Positions 1 to 11,211 of a DNA stretch of 64,000 bases are shown here, in pieces. The stretch lies in the NCBI GenBank assembly GCA_963702475.1, contig CAVPCT010000009.1, forward strand, positions 1 to 64,000, written 5' to 3'. Every line of letters starts with the position of its first letter. Positions within the stretch are counted from its first letter, which is position 1. Position numbers and translations under genes: made by a program. The notes beneath the pieces were generated by a model. The model saw only the letters and a list, made by a program, of their open reading frames with translations, did not search any database and was not told the DNA's origin. The DNA is from an uncultured Thermoleophilia bacterium (lineage in GTDB: Bacteria; Actinomycetota; Thermoleophilia; UBA2241).

Positions 1-285
1 TTCGTGTACATGAACAACCGCGGCCAGGACGACGTCGTGTGGTTCACCGTCTCGGACGACGGTCACCTCACGAAGGCCGGCCGGGTCGAGCTGAGCAGGT
101 GCCAGGATCCCAAGGACGCGACGCGGGCGATGACGCTTTCGCCCTCCGGCGCGTTCCTGCTCGTCCCCGACCGCCCGGCGGACTTCGTCCGGGCCTACGC
201 CGTCGATCCGGACGACGGGAGCCTGAAGGCCGTGGCCGAAGTCCCGGTCGAGAACCCGGTGTTCATCCAGTTCGTCGAGCTCTGA
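1..285 (+). CDS. Lactonase-family (6-phosphogluconolactonase-like) beta-propeller protein, 5'-truncated by window edge
   Basis: C-terminal propeller blades typical of Pgl/lactonases (YMNNRGQDDVVWF...RAMTLSPSGAFLLV...PVFIQF); stop at 283-285. Confidence 0.7.
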   Translation, partial: FVYMNNRGQDDVVWFTVSDDGHLTKAGRVELSRCQDPKDATRAMTLSPSGAFLLVPDRPADFVRAYAVDPDDGSLKAVAEVPVENPVFIQFVEL

Positions 286-546
286 TCGACCGGCAGACCG
301 GCGCTCCCGGCCCCCGCGGGGCCTCGGGGGCCAGGAGCGCAAGACGGACCGGACTCCCTCCGCCGCCGGCGGGGCGGGCATGGGCCGATCAGAGGCCCCG
401 GTGGCGTCGCCGCCACCGGGAGCCTCTGATGGGCGGCATCTGCGCCCGGTCCCGGCGATCGCGTGGGGGATGGACCCGAACCAGTGAACAAGCGACTCCA
501 CCAACTCGAACGACAGCCTGCGAGGTGCACGAGAGGTGATTGTCCT

Positions 547-3095
547 ATGAGCGAGGAGCAGGTCTTCACCCAGTGCACGGTCGGAGGACCGGTGCGGGTG
601 TACGTCGAGGACGGCGTCATCAAGCGGATGCGGCCCATCATCTTCGATGAGGACGACGCTCCGTCCTGGACGATCGAGGCGCGCGGCAGGAAGTTCACGC
701 CGCCGCGCAAGACCACGCTGCAGAGCTACGAGGTGCCGGAGCGGACGCGCGTCTACACGAACCGCATCAAGTACCCGCTGAAGCGCAAGAACTTCGACCC
801 CAACGGCGAGCGGCATCCGGAGCTGCGCGGCAAGGACGAGTACGAGCGCATCTCCTGGGACGAGGCGCTCGACCTCGTGGCCGGTGAGATCACCCGCATC
901 CGCGAGACCCACGGTCCCGCGGCCATCACCGCCATGACCCCGTCCCATCAGAACTGGGGCTTCCTGCACTACAAGCTCGGCCCGCTGGGCGCTTCTTCAA
1001 CATCCTCGGCTACAGCCAGTGCCTGGACAATCCCGACAGCTGGGAGGGCTGGCACTGGGGCGCCACCCACGCCTGGGGCTACTGGTGGCGCCTGGGTCAC
1101 TGCGAGCAGTCCGAGCTGCTGCAGGACGCGCTCAAGCACACCGAGCAGGTCATCTTCTGGTCGGTGGACCCCAACAGCACCTCCTACATGTACAGCGGCC
1201 AGGAGAACCTCATCTGGCGGCTCTGGATGAAGGAGCTCGGCATCCAGTTCGTGGTCATCGACCCGCACGACAACTGCACGGCGAGCACCATGGGCGACAA
1301 GTGGATCGCGCCGCGCCCGGGCACCGACGCGGCGCTGGCCCAGGCGATCGGCTACGTGTGGCTCACCGAGGACACCTACGACCACTTCTTCGTCGAGAAC
1401 CGCACCTACGGCTTCGACGAGTGGAAGAAGTACATCCTGGGCGAGGGCGAGGACGGCACGCCCAAGACGCCGGAGTGGGCCGCCGCCATCTGCGACGTGC
1501 CGGCCCACACCATCAAGGCGCTGGCGCGCGAGTGGGCGGCCAAGAAGACCATGCTGGCCGTGGCCAGCATCTTCGGCGCCACCGGCGCCTGCCGCCAGGC
1601 GTACGCCACCGAGTGGACCCGGCTGTGCATCTACCTGATGTCCATGCAGGGCTTCGGCAAGCCGGGCGTCAACTTCTGGGGCGGCACCGGCAAGGGCGCG
1701 CCGCTGGACATGGGCTTCCACATGTTCGGCTACTCGGACAACGGCTGGGACGCCTTCGGGACCGTGGCCGAGAAGGCCTACTTCCCCGAGGGCAACACGG
1801 TCACCCAGAAGACCTACCGCCATCTGCTGCCGGACATCGTCATGGACCCGCCGGTGAGCTGGATCGGCGAGGGCTTCTGCGGCCAGAGCATCGAGCAGCA
1901 GTTCCGCCCCTTCACCTGCCCGGAGGAGGGGCCGGACGGCGCCCCCATCAAGATGATCCACCGCCAGGGCGGCTCGTTCATCAGCACGATGAGCGAGACC
2001 AACAAGTGGGTGCGGATGTACCAGCACCCCAACCTCGAGTTCGTGGTGATGCAGGACTGCCACTGGTCCAGCGAGACGAGGTTCGGCGACGTCATCCTGC
2101 CGGTGAGCACCAACTTCGAGCACTCGGACGTCTCGGAGTGGGGAGCCGCCGGCGGCTACGGCTTCAACGACTTCAACAGCAACCACCGCATCTGCATCTA
2201 CCAGCACAAGTGCATCGAGCCGCTGTGGGAGTCCAAGCCCGACTACGAGATCTACACGCTCCTCGCGGAGCGCCTGGGCTTCGAGCAGGAGTACACGGAG
2301 GGCAACAGCATCGAGGACTGGAACCGCATCGTCTTCGACAAGTCCGACCTGCCCAAGTACGTCACCTACGAGGAGTTCAAGGAGAAGGGCTACTTCGTGG
2401 TGCCGGCCAGGCCGGACGACGAGGAGCCCGTCGTCTCCTTCCGCTGGTTCTACGAGGGCACGGACGCGGCGGTGCCGTCGGAGAAGAGGACCCCGCCCGG
2501 CCCGCCGCACAACGGCTCCAACCTGGCCACCCCGAGCGGCAAGGTGGAGTTCGTCTCGCAGACCCTGATGGCGTTCGACCCAGACGACGAGGAACGGCCT
2601 CCCATGGCGCGGTACATCCCGAGCTGGGAGGGCTACGACACCGAGGGCCTGGTCGAGAAGTGGCCGCTGCAGATGGTCTCGCCGCACCCGCGGTTCTCGT
2701 ACCACACGCACAACGACAACAAGAGCCTCTGGCTGGACGACATCCCGCAGCACCGGGTCAAGATCGACGGCTACGCCTACTGGCCGGTGCGCATCAATCC
2801 GGAGGACGCGGCGGCTCGCGGCATCGCGCACGGCGACCTGGTGAAGGTCTTCAACGATCGCGGCGCCGTCATCTGCGCCGCCATCGTGACCGAGCGGATG
2901 CGGCCCGGCACGGTCCATTCCTACGAGGCCGGCGCCAAGTACGACCCGCTCGAGCCGGGCAAGCCCGGCAGCCCCGACCGGGGCGGCTGCGTGAACCTGC
3001 TCACGCCCTCGAGGATGGTGTCCAGGAACGCGCCCGGCGAGGCGCAGAACTCCTGTCTGGTCGACGTGGCCCGCTGGGACGGCATGAGGAGGTAG
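547..3095 (+). CDS. Molybdopterin oxidoreductase, pyrogallol-phloroglucinol transhydroxylase alpha-subunit (AthL)-like, copy 1; one frameshift near 988
   Basis: MSEEQVFTQCTVGGPVRVYVEDG..APSWTIEARGRKFTPPRKT, YPLKRKNFDPNGER, NPDSWEGWHWG (Mo-ligand Ser motif), SPHPRFSYHT, DRGGCVNLLTP all follow the AthL pattern; ORF 463..1230 joins ORF 1164..3095 via a 1-nt loss in a G run; RBS GAGGTG upstream. Confidence 0.85.
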
Positions 3096-3103
3096 AGAGC
3101 TTC

Positions 3104-5644
3104 ATGGCAGAACAGGAATTCATCAACTGCTGCATCGGCGGCATGGTGAAGGTCACGGTCGAGGACGGCGTCGATAAAGCGCATGCGCCCGTCTGCGTCT
3201 GACCGAGGAAGACGGCGGGCACTGGACGATCGAGGCTAAGGGCAAGAGGTTCACCGACCCGCGCAAGACCACGATCAACCCGTTCAACATCGCCGAGCGC
3301 ACGCGCGTCTACGCCGAGAACCGCATCAAGTACCCGCTGAAGCGCAAGAACTTCGACCCCGGCGGCGAGCGGCACCCCGAGCTGCGCGGCAAGGACGAGT
3401 ACGTGCGCATCACCTGGGACGAGGCGCTGGACATCGTCAGCCGGCGAGATCACGCGGGTGCGCGAGACCTACGGCCCGGCGGCCATCACCGCCTTCGTCT
3501 CCTCGCACCACAACTACGGGCTGCTGTACTACAAGATGGGCCCCATGCCGCGCTTCTACAACATCCTCGGCTACACCCAGCTCCTGGACAATCCGGACAG
3601 CTGGGAGGGCTGGCACTGGGGCAGCATGCACACCTGGGGCTGGTACTGGCGGTTCGGCCAGTGCGACTGCTTCGACATGCTGGCCGAGGCCCTGAAGAAC
3701 ACCGAGCAGCTCATCTACTGGTCGGTCGACCCCAACACCTCGGCCGGCGGCTACGGCGGTCAGGAGACCGTCATCTGGCGCGAGTGGCTGCGCGAGCTGG
3801 GCGTCGGCGCCATCTTCATCGACCCCTACTGCAACGCGACCGCCGCCCACATGGCCGACAAGTGGCTGGCGCCGCGGCCCGGGCACCGACGCGGCGCTGG
3901 CGCAGGCGATCGCCTAGCAGTGGATCGTGGACGACACCTACGACCACTGGTTCATCGAGAACCGCACCGTCTACTTCGACGAGTGGAAGGACTACATCCT
4001 CGGCAAGGTCGACGGCGTGCCCAAGACGCCCGAGTGGGCGGCCCCCATCTGCGACATCCCGGCGCACACCATCAAGGCGGTGGCCAGGCAGTGGATGAGC
4101 AAGAAGACGATGCTGGCCACCGGGTCCATGTACGGCACCGCCGGGGCCTGCCGCAACTCCTTCGCCACCGAGTGGTGCCAGCCTCATGATCCACCTGGCC
4201 GCGATGATGGGCATCGGCAAGGAAGGCGTGAACATCTGGGGCGGCGCCGCGCACGGAGCGCCGCTGGACATGCGCTTCAAGAGCGCCGGCTACTCCGACT
4301 GCGGCTGGGACGTCTTCGGCCTCGTGGCCGAGCAGCCCACCTTCCCCGACCGCAACTCGGTCACGCAGAGGGTGTACCGGCTGAGCCTGCCGGAGGCCAT
4401 CCTCGACGGTCACATCGAGTGGCTCGGCGAGGGCTTCTGCGTGCAGTACCCCGAGCAGCAGTTCAAGCCGATGCAGTACCCCGAGCCCGGCCCGAACGGC
4501 GCCGAGATCAGGATGATCCACCGTCACGGCGGCTCGTTCATCAGCACCATGAGCGACACCAGCAAGTGGGTGCGCATGTACCAGTCGCCCAAGCTGGAGT
4601 TCGTGGTCATGCAGGACTGCCACTGGCAGAGCGAGACGAAGTTCGGCGACGTCATCCTGCCGGCCAGTCCACCAACTTCGAGCACAACGACATCTCCGAG
4701 TGGGCGCAGCCGGGCGGCTACGGCAACGGCAACGTCAACTGCAACCACCGCATCCTCATGTACCAGCAGAAGTGCATCGAGCCCCTCTGGGAGTCCAAGC
4801 CCGACTACCAGATCTACTGCGAGCTGGCCGAGCGCCTGGGCTTCCTGGAGGAGTACACCGAGGGCAACTCGGAGGAGGACTGGATCAGGAAGGTCTTCGC
4901 CATCACCGACCTGCCCAAGCACCTCACCTACGAGGAGTTCAAGGAGAAGGGCTACTTCGTCGTGCCGTCGGTGCCCGACGACTACGAGCCCACGATCTCC
5001 AACCAGTGGTACTACGAGGGACGCCCGGTCGACACGCCGGACAGGTTCAACCCGCTGGCCGACACCGAGCACGCCACCGAGATGGCCACCCCGTCGGGCA
5101 AGATCGAGTTCAAGCGCACGATCCTCGAGCAGTACTTCCCCGACGACGAGGAGCGGCCGATCATGCCGCGCTACATCCCGCTGTACGAGGGACACGAGAC
5201 GAGGGTCTCGTGGACAAGTACCCGCTGATCATCATGACGCCGCACGCCAAGTTCTCGTACCACACCCACCAGGACAACAAGATCCAGTGGCTCGACGACA
5301 TCCGGCAGCACCGCATCATCAAGGACGGCTACGCCTACTGGCCGATGCGCCTGAACCCGGGTGACGCCGAGGCCCGGGGCATCAGGGACGGCGACATCGT
5401 CGAGGTCTACAACGACCGCGCCAGAGTGCTCGGCGTGGCCCTCGTGACCGAGCGCTGCCGCCCCGGCCTCGTCCACTCCTACCAGGCCGGCGCCAAGTAC
5501 GACCCGCTGGAGCCCGGCAACGCCGACAGCATCGACAGAGGCGGCTGCGTGAACCTGCTGTCGCCGTCTCGCTACACGAGCAAGAACGCCTGCGGCGAGG
5601 CCAACATGTCCTATCTCGTCGAAGTCCGCAAGTGGGAGGCCTGA
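3104..5644 (+). CDS. Molybdopterin oxidoreductase, AthL-like, copy 2; many frameshifts and an in-frame TAG at 3915-3917 (sequence error or pseudogene)
   Basis: MAEQEFINCCIGGMVKVTVEDG start; fragments (3458, 3927, 4186, 4700 ORFs) carry SSHHNYG, NPDSWEGWHWG, QDCHWQSE, TPHAKFSYHT, DRGGCVNLLSP, collinear with copy 1. Confidence 0.8.
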
Positions 5645-5647
5645 GCA

Positions 5648-6480
5648 GTGACCCGGTATGGGATGGTCATCGACGTCGATACGCTGCGTGGGGTGCTACA
5701 ACTGCTTCCTCACCTGCCGCGATGAGTTCGCCGGCAACGCGTATCCCGGCTACTCCGCCGCCCAGCCCATGAGCGGCATGGACTGGATGAAGGTCAACGA
5801 GATCGAGCGAGGGCAGTACCCTCACGTCAAGGTCGACCACGTGCCCGTGACCTGCAGCCACTGCGACTCGGCCGCTGTGCGTCAAGCTGGACCAGACCGG
5901 GGCCATCGAGCGGCGCCCCGACGGCATCGTGCTGATCGATCCCGGAGAAGGCGAAGGGCAACAAGGGCCTCGTGGACCTCTGCCCGTACCGCCAGATCGA
6001 GTGGAACGAGGAGCTCCAGCTGGCCCAGAAGTGCACCCTGTGCGCGCACCTGCTGGACCAGGGCGATCCGGAGCCGCGTTGCGTGGAGTCCTGCCCGAGC
6101 GGGGCGATCGATCTTCGGCGACCTGGACGACCCCAGCAGCAAGGTCGCCGGGCTGGTGGCGTCCGGCACCGAGGTGATCCACCCCGAGTACGCGATGGGG
6201 GAGAAGGTCACCTACAAGCACCTGCCCAAGAAGTTCGTCGCCGGCACGGTGATCTACGGCGACCTGGACGAGGTCGCCGCCGGCGTCGACGTGGTCCTGG
6301 CCGGCGCGGACGGCGCCCGGACCATGAAGACCAACGGCTTCGGCGACTTCGAGTTCGAGGAGCTTGCCGAGGCCGCGACCTACACGGTCACGATCGAGGT
6401 CCCGGGCTACGCGCCCGCGACGCCTGACGGCCACGACCAGCAGGGACGTCTACCTCGGCGAGATCGTGCTGGGGAAGTAG
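5648..6480 (+). CDS. 4Fe-4S transhydroxylase beta-subunit (BthL)-like protein with C-terminal beta-sandwich; frameshifted
   Basis: GTG start; MTRYGMVIDV..CVGCYNCFLTC, VTCSHC, LCPY, KCTLCAHLLD, PRCVESC, then TNGFGDFEF...VYLGEIVLGK, collinear with BthL. Confidence 0.8.
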
Positions 6481-6488
6481 GACGCCGC

Positions 6489-7942
6489 ATGCCTGGGATC
6501 ACAGCGTACGGAGCCTACATACCGCTGCACCGGCTGAGCCGGGCCGAGATCGCGCGTGCCTGGGGCGCCCGGCCGGCGCCGGGAGAGCGTGCCGTCGCCG
6601 GCTACGACGAGGACAGCCTCACGATGGCCGTGGCCGCCGCGCGGGACTGCCTCAAGGGCGCGGACCGCGGCTCGGTAGGGGGCCTGTACTTCGCCTCCAC
6701 CACGGCGCCGTACAAGGAGAAGCAGGCCGCGGCGACCATCGCCTCGGTGCTGGAGCTGCCGCCGCACGCCGTCACCATGGACTTCGGCGGCTCCCTGCGC
6801 TGCGGCACCAATGCCCTCAAGGCGGCGCTGGACGCCGTGGCGTCCGGGAGCGCGACGAGCGTCCTCGTCTGCGCCGCCGACATGCGGTTGGGCTATCCGT
6901 CTGGTCCCGGCGAGATGAACTTCGGCGACGGCGCCGTGGCGTTGCTCGTCGGCGCCGGCGACGTCCTCGCCGAGGTCAAGCACTTCGACAGCCGGTACTA
7001 CGAGATCCAGGACACGTGGCGCTCGGACAGGGACACCTTCGTCCGCACCGCCGAGGACCGCTTCTCGATGGACGAGGGCTACGTGGACGTCATGGTGCAC
7101 GGTGTGGCGGCGGCCCTCGAGAGGTACGGGCTGGCGGCCGCGGACGTCGCCCACGTGGCGCTCAACTCGCCGAACGCCCGTCAGCTGCAAGACCATCGCC
7201 AGGAAGCTGCGCTTCGACGAGCAGACCCAGGTCGGGCGACGTCCTGCACGCGGCGGTGGGCGACACGGGCTGCGCGGCGAGCCTGATGAGCCTGGTCGCC
7301 GCGCTCGAGCAGGCCGAGGCCGGCCAGACGATCCTGCTGGCCTGCTACGGCAACGGCTGCGACACCGCCGTGCTGCGAGACCACGGACCGCGTCGGCTCA
7401 GTGCCGGCCTGCCGCGGGCGTGCGCCGGCACATCGAGTCCCGTCAGCGAGCTGCGGAACTACGAGCAGTACCTGCGCTGGCGTGAGCTGGTCCCGACTCA
7501 GCCGGCGGCACGGCCGCCGCTCGAGGAGCGCATGCCGTCGCCGGCGGCCCAGTGGCGCGAGGTCCCTTGGGAGCTGCGGCTCACGGGCACCAGGTGTCTG
7601 CGCTGCGGCACGCCGCAGTACCCACCGCAGCGCGTGTGCGTGGAGTGCCACGCGAAGGACGAGCGGGAGCCGTACCGCTTCACCGACGTGCCGGCCACGG
7701 TGTTCTCGTTCTCGCACGACTACGTGATGGAGAGCCCGGACACGCCGGTCACCGTGACCTTCGTCGACTTCGAGGGCGGCGGCCGCATCATGTGCGACAT
7801 GACCGACCGGCGGGTCGAGGAGGTCGAGGTCGGCATGCCCGTCGAGATGGCCTTCCGCCGTCTGTACTACGTCAACGGCGTCTACAACTACTGGTGGAAG
7901 TGCCAGCCGGTCAGGTGTCGGCAGTCCGGGCCGGAGGGCTGA
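6489..7942 (+). CDS. HMG-CoA synthase/KAS-III-like domain fused to DUF35 (Zn-ribbon + OB-fold); frameshifted around 7190-7440
   Basis: MPGITAYGAYIP..DEDSLTMAV..GDGAVA..YGNG N-terminal domain; C-terminal RCLRCGTPQYPPQRVCVEC Zn ribbon and VDFEGGGRIMCDMTD..GMPVEMAFRR..NYWWK OB fold. Confidence 0.8.
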
Positions 7943-7945
7943 GCC

Positions 7946-9131
7946 GTGGAGAGCATCAAGGACCGAGTCGCGATCGTCGGCATGGGCTGCGTCAAGTTCG
8001 GCGAGAACTGGGGCCAGAGCCTCGACGACATGATCATCGATGCCGCCTACGAGGCCTTCGAGGACGCCGGCATCGGCCCGGAGGACATCCAGGCGGCCTG
8101 GTGGGGCACGCTGTTCGCCGGCCACACCGGCCAGATCCTGGCCGCGCCCCTCAAGCTGGCCTACATCCCCGTCACGCACGTCGAGAACGCCTGCGCGACG
8201 GGCTCCGAGGCGATCAGGAACGCGTGCTTCGCTGTGGCCGCCGGCCTGTACGACATCGTCCTCGCCGTCGGGGCCGAGAAGCTCAAGGACACAGGGTTCT
8301 CGGGCCTCCCGCAGACGCGCCCGGTGGCGACCTGGAGCTACCGCCTCACCACGCAGACGCCGGCGGCCGGGTTCGCGATGATGGCCACCGGCTACTTCGC
8401 CAAGTACGGGCTGAGCTACGACGAGGGCAAGCGGCTCCTCGCGCAGATCGCCGTGAAGAACCACCACAACGGGTCGCTCTGCCCCAAGGCGCACTTCCAG
8501 CGTGAGATCACCCTGGAGCAGGCCATCGACGCGCCGATGATCGCCTGGCCGCTCGGGCTGTTCGACTGCACGGGCGTGAGCGACGGCGCAGCGGCCGCCG
8601 TCATCGTGCGCGCCGACCTGGCGAAGAGGTTCCGCCCGGACCCGATCTACATCAAGGCGGCGCAGATCTGCCAGGGTCCGCGCGAGGGCTGGCTCAGCCA
8701 GAAGTACGACCTCGCGCACGTGGAGGAGACGTGGCGCGGGGGCAAGGCCGCCTACGAAGAGGCCGGCATCAAGGACCCGCGCCGGGAGCTCAGCATCGCC
8801 GAGGTGCACGACTGCTTCTCGATCACCGAGCTGACGATCATGGAGGACCTGCAGTTCAGCCCGCGCGGGCGTGCCGGCGAGGACGTCGAGGCCGGCACCT
8901 TCACGCTCGAGGGCGATCTGCCGGTGAACACCGACGGCGGTCTCAAGTCGTTCGGCCACCCCATCGGCGCCACGGGTCTGCGCATGATGTACGAGGTCTA
9001 CAAGCAGCTTCAGGAGAAGGCCGGGCCCGCGCCAGGTGAAGGACCCGCGCCTCGGCCTCACCCACAACCAGGGTGGGGAGCCCGGCGCCGCCACCGTGAG
9101 CGTCATCATCGCCGGCAACGAACTGGGGTGA
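7946..9131 (+). CDS. Acetyl-CoA acetyltransferase (SCP2-type thiolase); frameshift near 9030
   Basis: ENACATG catalytic Cys, VKNHHNG, DGAAA, EVHDCF, GHPIGATG; C-terminus (HNQGG..ATVSVIIAGNELG*) continues in another frame. Confidence 0.85.
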
Positions 9132-9191
9132 CGAGGAGAGCCTCCGGCTGCCGCGGTGACTCCGGAACGCCTCTCATGCCGGTCCGGACCC

Positions 9192-9220
9192 TTGACTTCG
9201 ATTTGGGCGCACGCTACGAT
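9192..9220 (+). promoter_or_regulatory. Sigma70/SigA-type promoter of marR
   Basis: TTGACT (9192-9197), 17-nt spacer, TACGAT (9215-9220) in an AT-richer intergenic stretch. Confidence 0.7.
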
Positions 9221-9228
9221 ACTTCAAC

Positions 9229-9251
9229 TTCGTATACGAACTCGCATACGT
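9229..9251. promoter_or_regulatory. Putative MarR operator: perfect palindrome TTCGTATACGAA plus a second degenerate unit
   Basis: 12-bp palindrome 9229-9240 just downstream of the -10; 20/23 match to 20683-20705 (reverse strand). Confidence 0.65.
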
Positions 9252-9327
9252 TGGCAAATCGCAGAGTAGTCAATGAGTTCGTGCTGGTCGGAAAGGCCTC
9301 GCGGCCTGCCCGGGATCGGAGGCTGAT

Positions 9328-9844
9328 TTGCCTGACGAGGATCCACGCCCGGTCGACGATGAGTTCTTCATGCTATGGGTGCTCATCGCCCAGACGAAGG
9401 ACGCCATCCTGCGCGCGCGGGAGCTGGAGTACGCGCGCTGGGGCATCAGCAACGAGCGGCGCGCCGTCCTCCTCATCATCCAGAACAACGGCGGCTGCGC
9501 CACACCCGTCGAGATCGGGCGGGCTCTCTTCCGGGAGCTCCACTCCGTCACGGAGATGCTCGCCAGGATGGAGAAGGACGGCCTCGTGACCAGGCGCAAG
9601 TGTACGCGGCCGGTCCAAGACCGAGGTCTGCCTGACGCAGCAGGGGCTGGACGTCTTCAATCAGTCGCTGCACAACGAGGCGGACAGGAGCATCTTCTCC
9701 TGTTTGACGAAGAAGCAGCGCGAGCGTCTCGCGCAGTACCTGTTCAAGCTGAGAAGCAGGACGCTCGAGCAACTCGGCATTCCGGAGTGGCAGCTCAACT
9801 TCCCGCTGCAGCCCGTCGAGTCGGAAGAGACCGCTGGTGTGTGA
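9328..9844 (+). CDS. MarR-family transcriptional regulator; frameshift near 9605
   Basis: TTG start with GGAGG RBS; wHTH ATPVEIGRALFRELHSVTEMLARMEKDGLV, then (shifted frame) KTEVCLTQQG..IFSCLTKKQRERLAQYLFKLR. Confidence 0.8.
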
Positions 9845-10043
9845 GCGGCTCTCCGCCGCGACGCCGGCGTGCGCTGCACGGAGTGACAGAAGGAGGAAGC
9901 CATCGCGCAGGGGGGGCTAGCCAGAGGTACGCGACGACGACGGGTCCACACGACTGCCGGGGGTGGTGGCCATCTGAGGATCAAGATCCGTAGCTCAAGC
10001 TACGTGCCTGGAATCGAAGAGTCATGGGATACGGGGGAGTGAC

Positions 10044-11135
10044 ATGAAACGTTCGAAGTGGGTCATCGTACTTCTCGTGTTGGTGTTGGCGTTGAGTCTG
10101 GCGGCAGTGATGACGGCGTGCGGCGATGACGGCGACGGCACCGAGGCGTCCGCGTCGCCGACGTCCGTGGCCGACACGGGCCAGACCTGGGATCTGAAGT
10201 TCTCGTACCCGACGCCCGAAAGGGCGAGCCTGGTCCCGGCGTACCTCGTGCCGTGGAGTGAGGCCGTCACCGCGGCGACCGACGACCGGGTGCAGATCAC
10301 CCACTACGCCGAGAACTCGCTGGTCAAGGAAGAGCAGCAGTGGGACGCCCTGCTCTCGGGCACGTCCGACATCGCCCTGATCGAGCCGGAGTTCAACCCC
10401 GGCGTGTTCCCGATCTCGGAAGTCGGCTCGTTGCCGTACCAGTTCCCCGACGAGGTGACGGCCGCCAAGACGTTCTACGACATCGTCACCCAGAAGGCCC
10501 AGGATGAGTGGAAGGACGTGCAGATCCTCGGCGTGACGGTCATCGCCCCTGCGCAGTACCGCGGCAACGTGGAGGTCAACGGCGACGTCGCGAAGTTCGA
10601 GGGCACGCGCATGCGCTCCGGCGGCCGCATCGAGACCTGGATCCTCGAGGCCTTCGGCGCGACCCCGGTGGAGATCGGCACCGGCGACCTCTCCACGTCG
10701 CTCGAGCGTGGCATGGCCGATGGCGCCTTCCTCAGCTACTCGCTGATCCTGGCCATGGCCAAGGACTTCACCAAGTACACCACCGAGTGCAACCTGTTCT
10801 ATCGCTGCTGGGTCATCGCCATGAACAAGGACGTCTGGGATTCCATGCCCACGACCGTCCAGGACCAGATCATGGGCGTGAGCGGGCAGGACGGGTCGGC
10901 CAAGTACTCCGCCGCCAACGCCCTGGAGACGAAGGGCGAGAAGGCCGGCCTCGAGGGCGCCGACAAGGGTATGGGCAATCCGCCGATCTACGTGCTGACT
11001 CCGGCTGAGACGGACACATGGACGACGGCCACCGCTCCGGTCGTGCAGAAGTGGATCGACCAGCTGCCCGACCCTGCGACCGGCCAGGAGGTCATCGACT
11101 TCATCGCCACGCAGAACGCGACGTACGCGCCGTAA
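10044..11135 (+). CDS. dctP: TRAP transporter substrate-binding lipoprotein DctP
   Basis: Lipobox MTA-C; DctP-like motifs (GTRMRSGG, GATPV, LERGMADG, AMNKDVWDSMP); precedes small and large permeases. Confidence 0.85.
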   Translation: MKRSKWVIVLLVLVLALSLAAVMTACGDDGDGTEASASPTSVADTGQTWDLKFSYPTPERASLVPAYLVPWSEAVTAATDDRVQITHYAENSLVKEEQQWDALLSGTSDIALIEPEFNPGVFPISEVGSLPYQFPDEVTAAKTFYDIVTQKAQDEWKDVQILGVTVIAPAQYRGNVEVNGDVAKFEGTRMRSGGRIETWILEAFGATPVEIGTGDLSTSLERGMADGAFLSYSLILAMAKDFTKYTTECNLFYRCWVIAMNKDVWDSMPTTVQDQIMGVSGQDGSAKYSAANALETKGEKAGLEGADKGMGNPPIYVLTPAETDTWTTATAPVVQKWIDQLPDPATGQEVIDFIATQNATYAP

Positions 11136-11211
11136 GCACCACGTGATGACGGCCGGCCCTGGACCCAGTCCTCGTCGGGGCCGGCCGTCGCACAGCACTG
11201 AAGGGACGTCT

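Noticed and set aside
3915-3917. In-frame TAG as pyrrolysine (and TGA near 3200 as selenocysteine)
   Set aside because: The TAG aligns to Tyr (TAC) in the paralog at a non-catalytic position in an indel-ridden gene; the TGA is out of frame once the indel is repaired; no pyl or sel genes are in the window.
5658-7286. Apparent Fe-S protein::HMGCS fusion ORF
   Set aside because: Produced by frameshifts; the beta subunit has its own stop at 6480 and the next gene an ATG at 6489.
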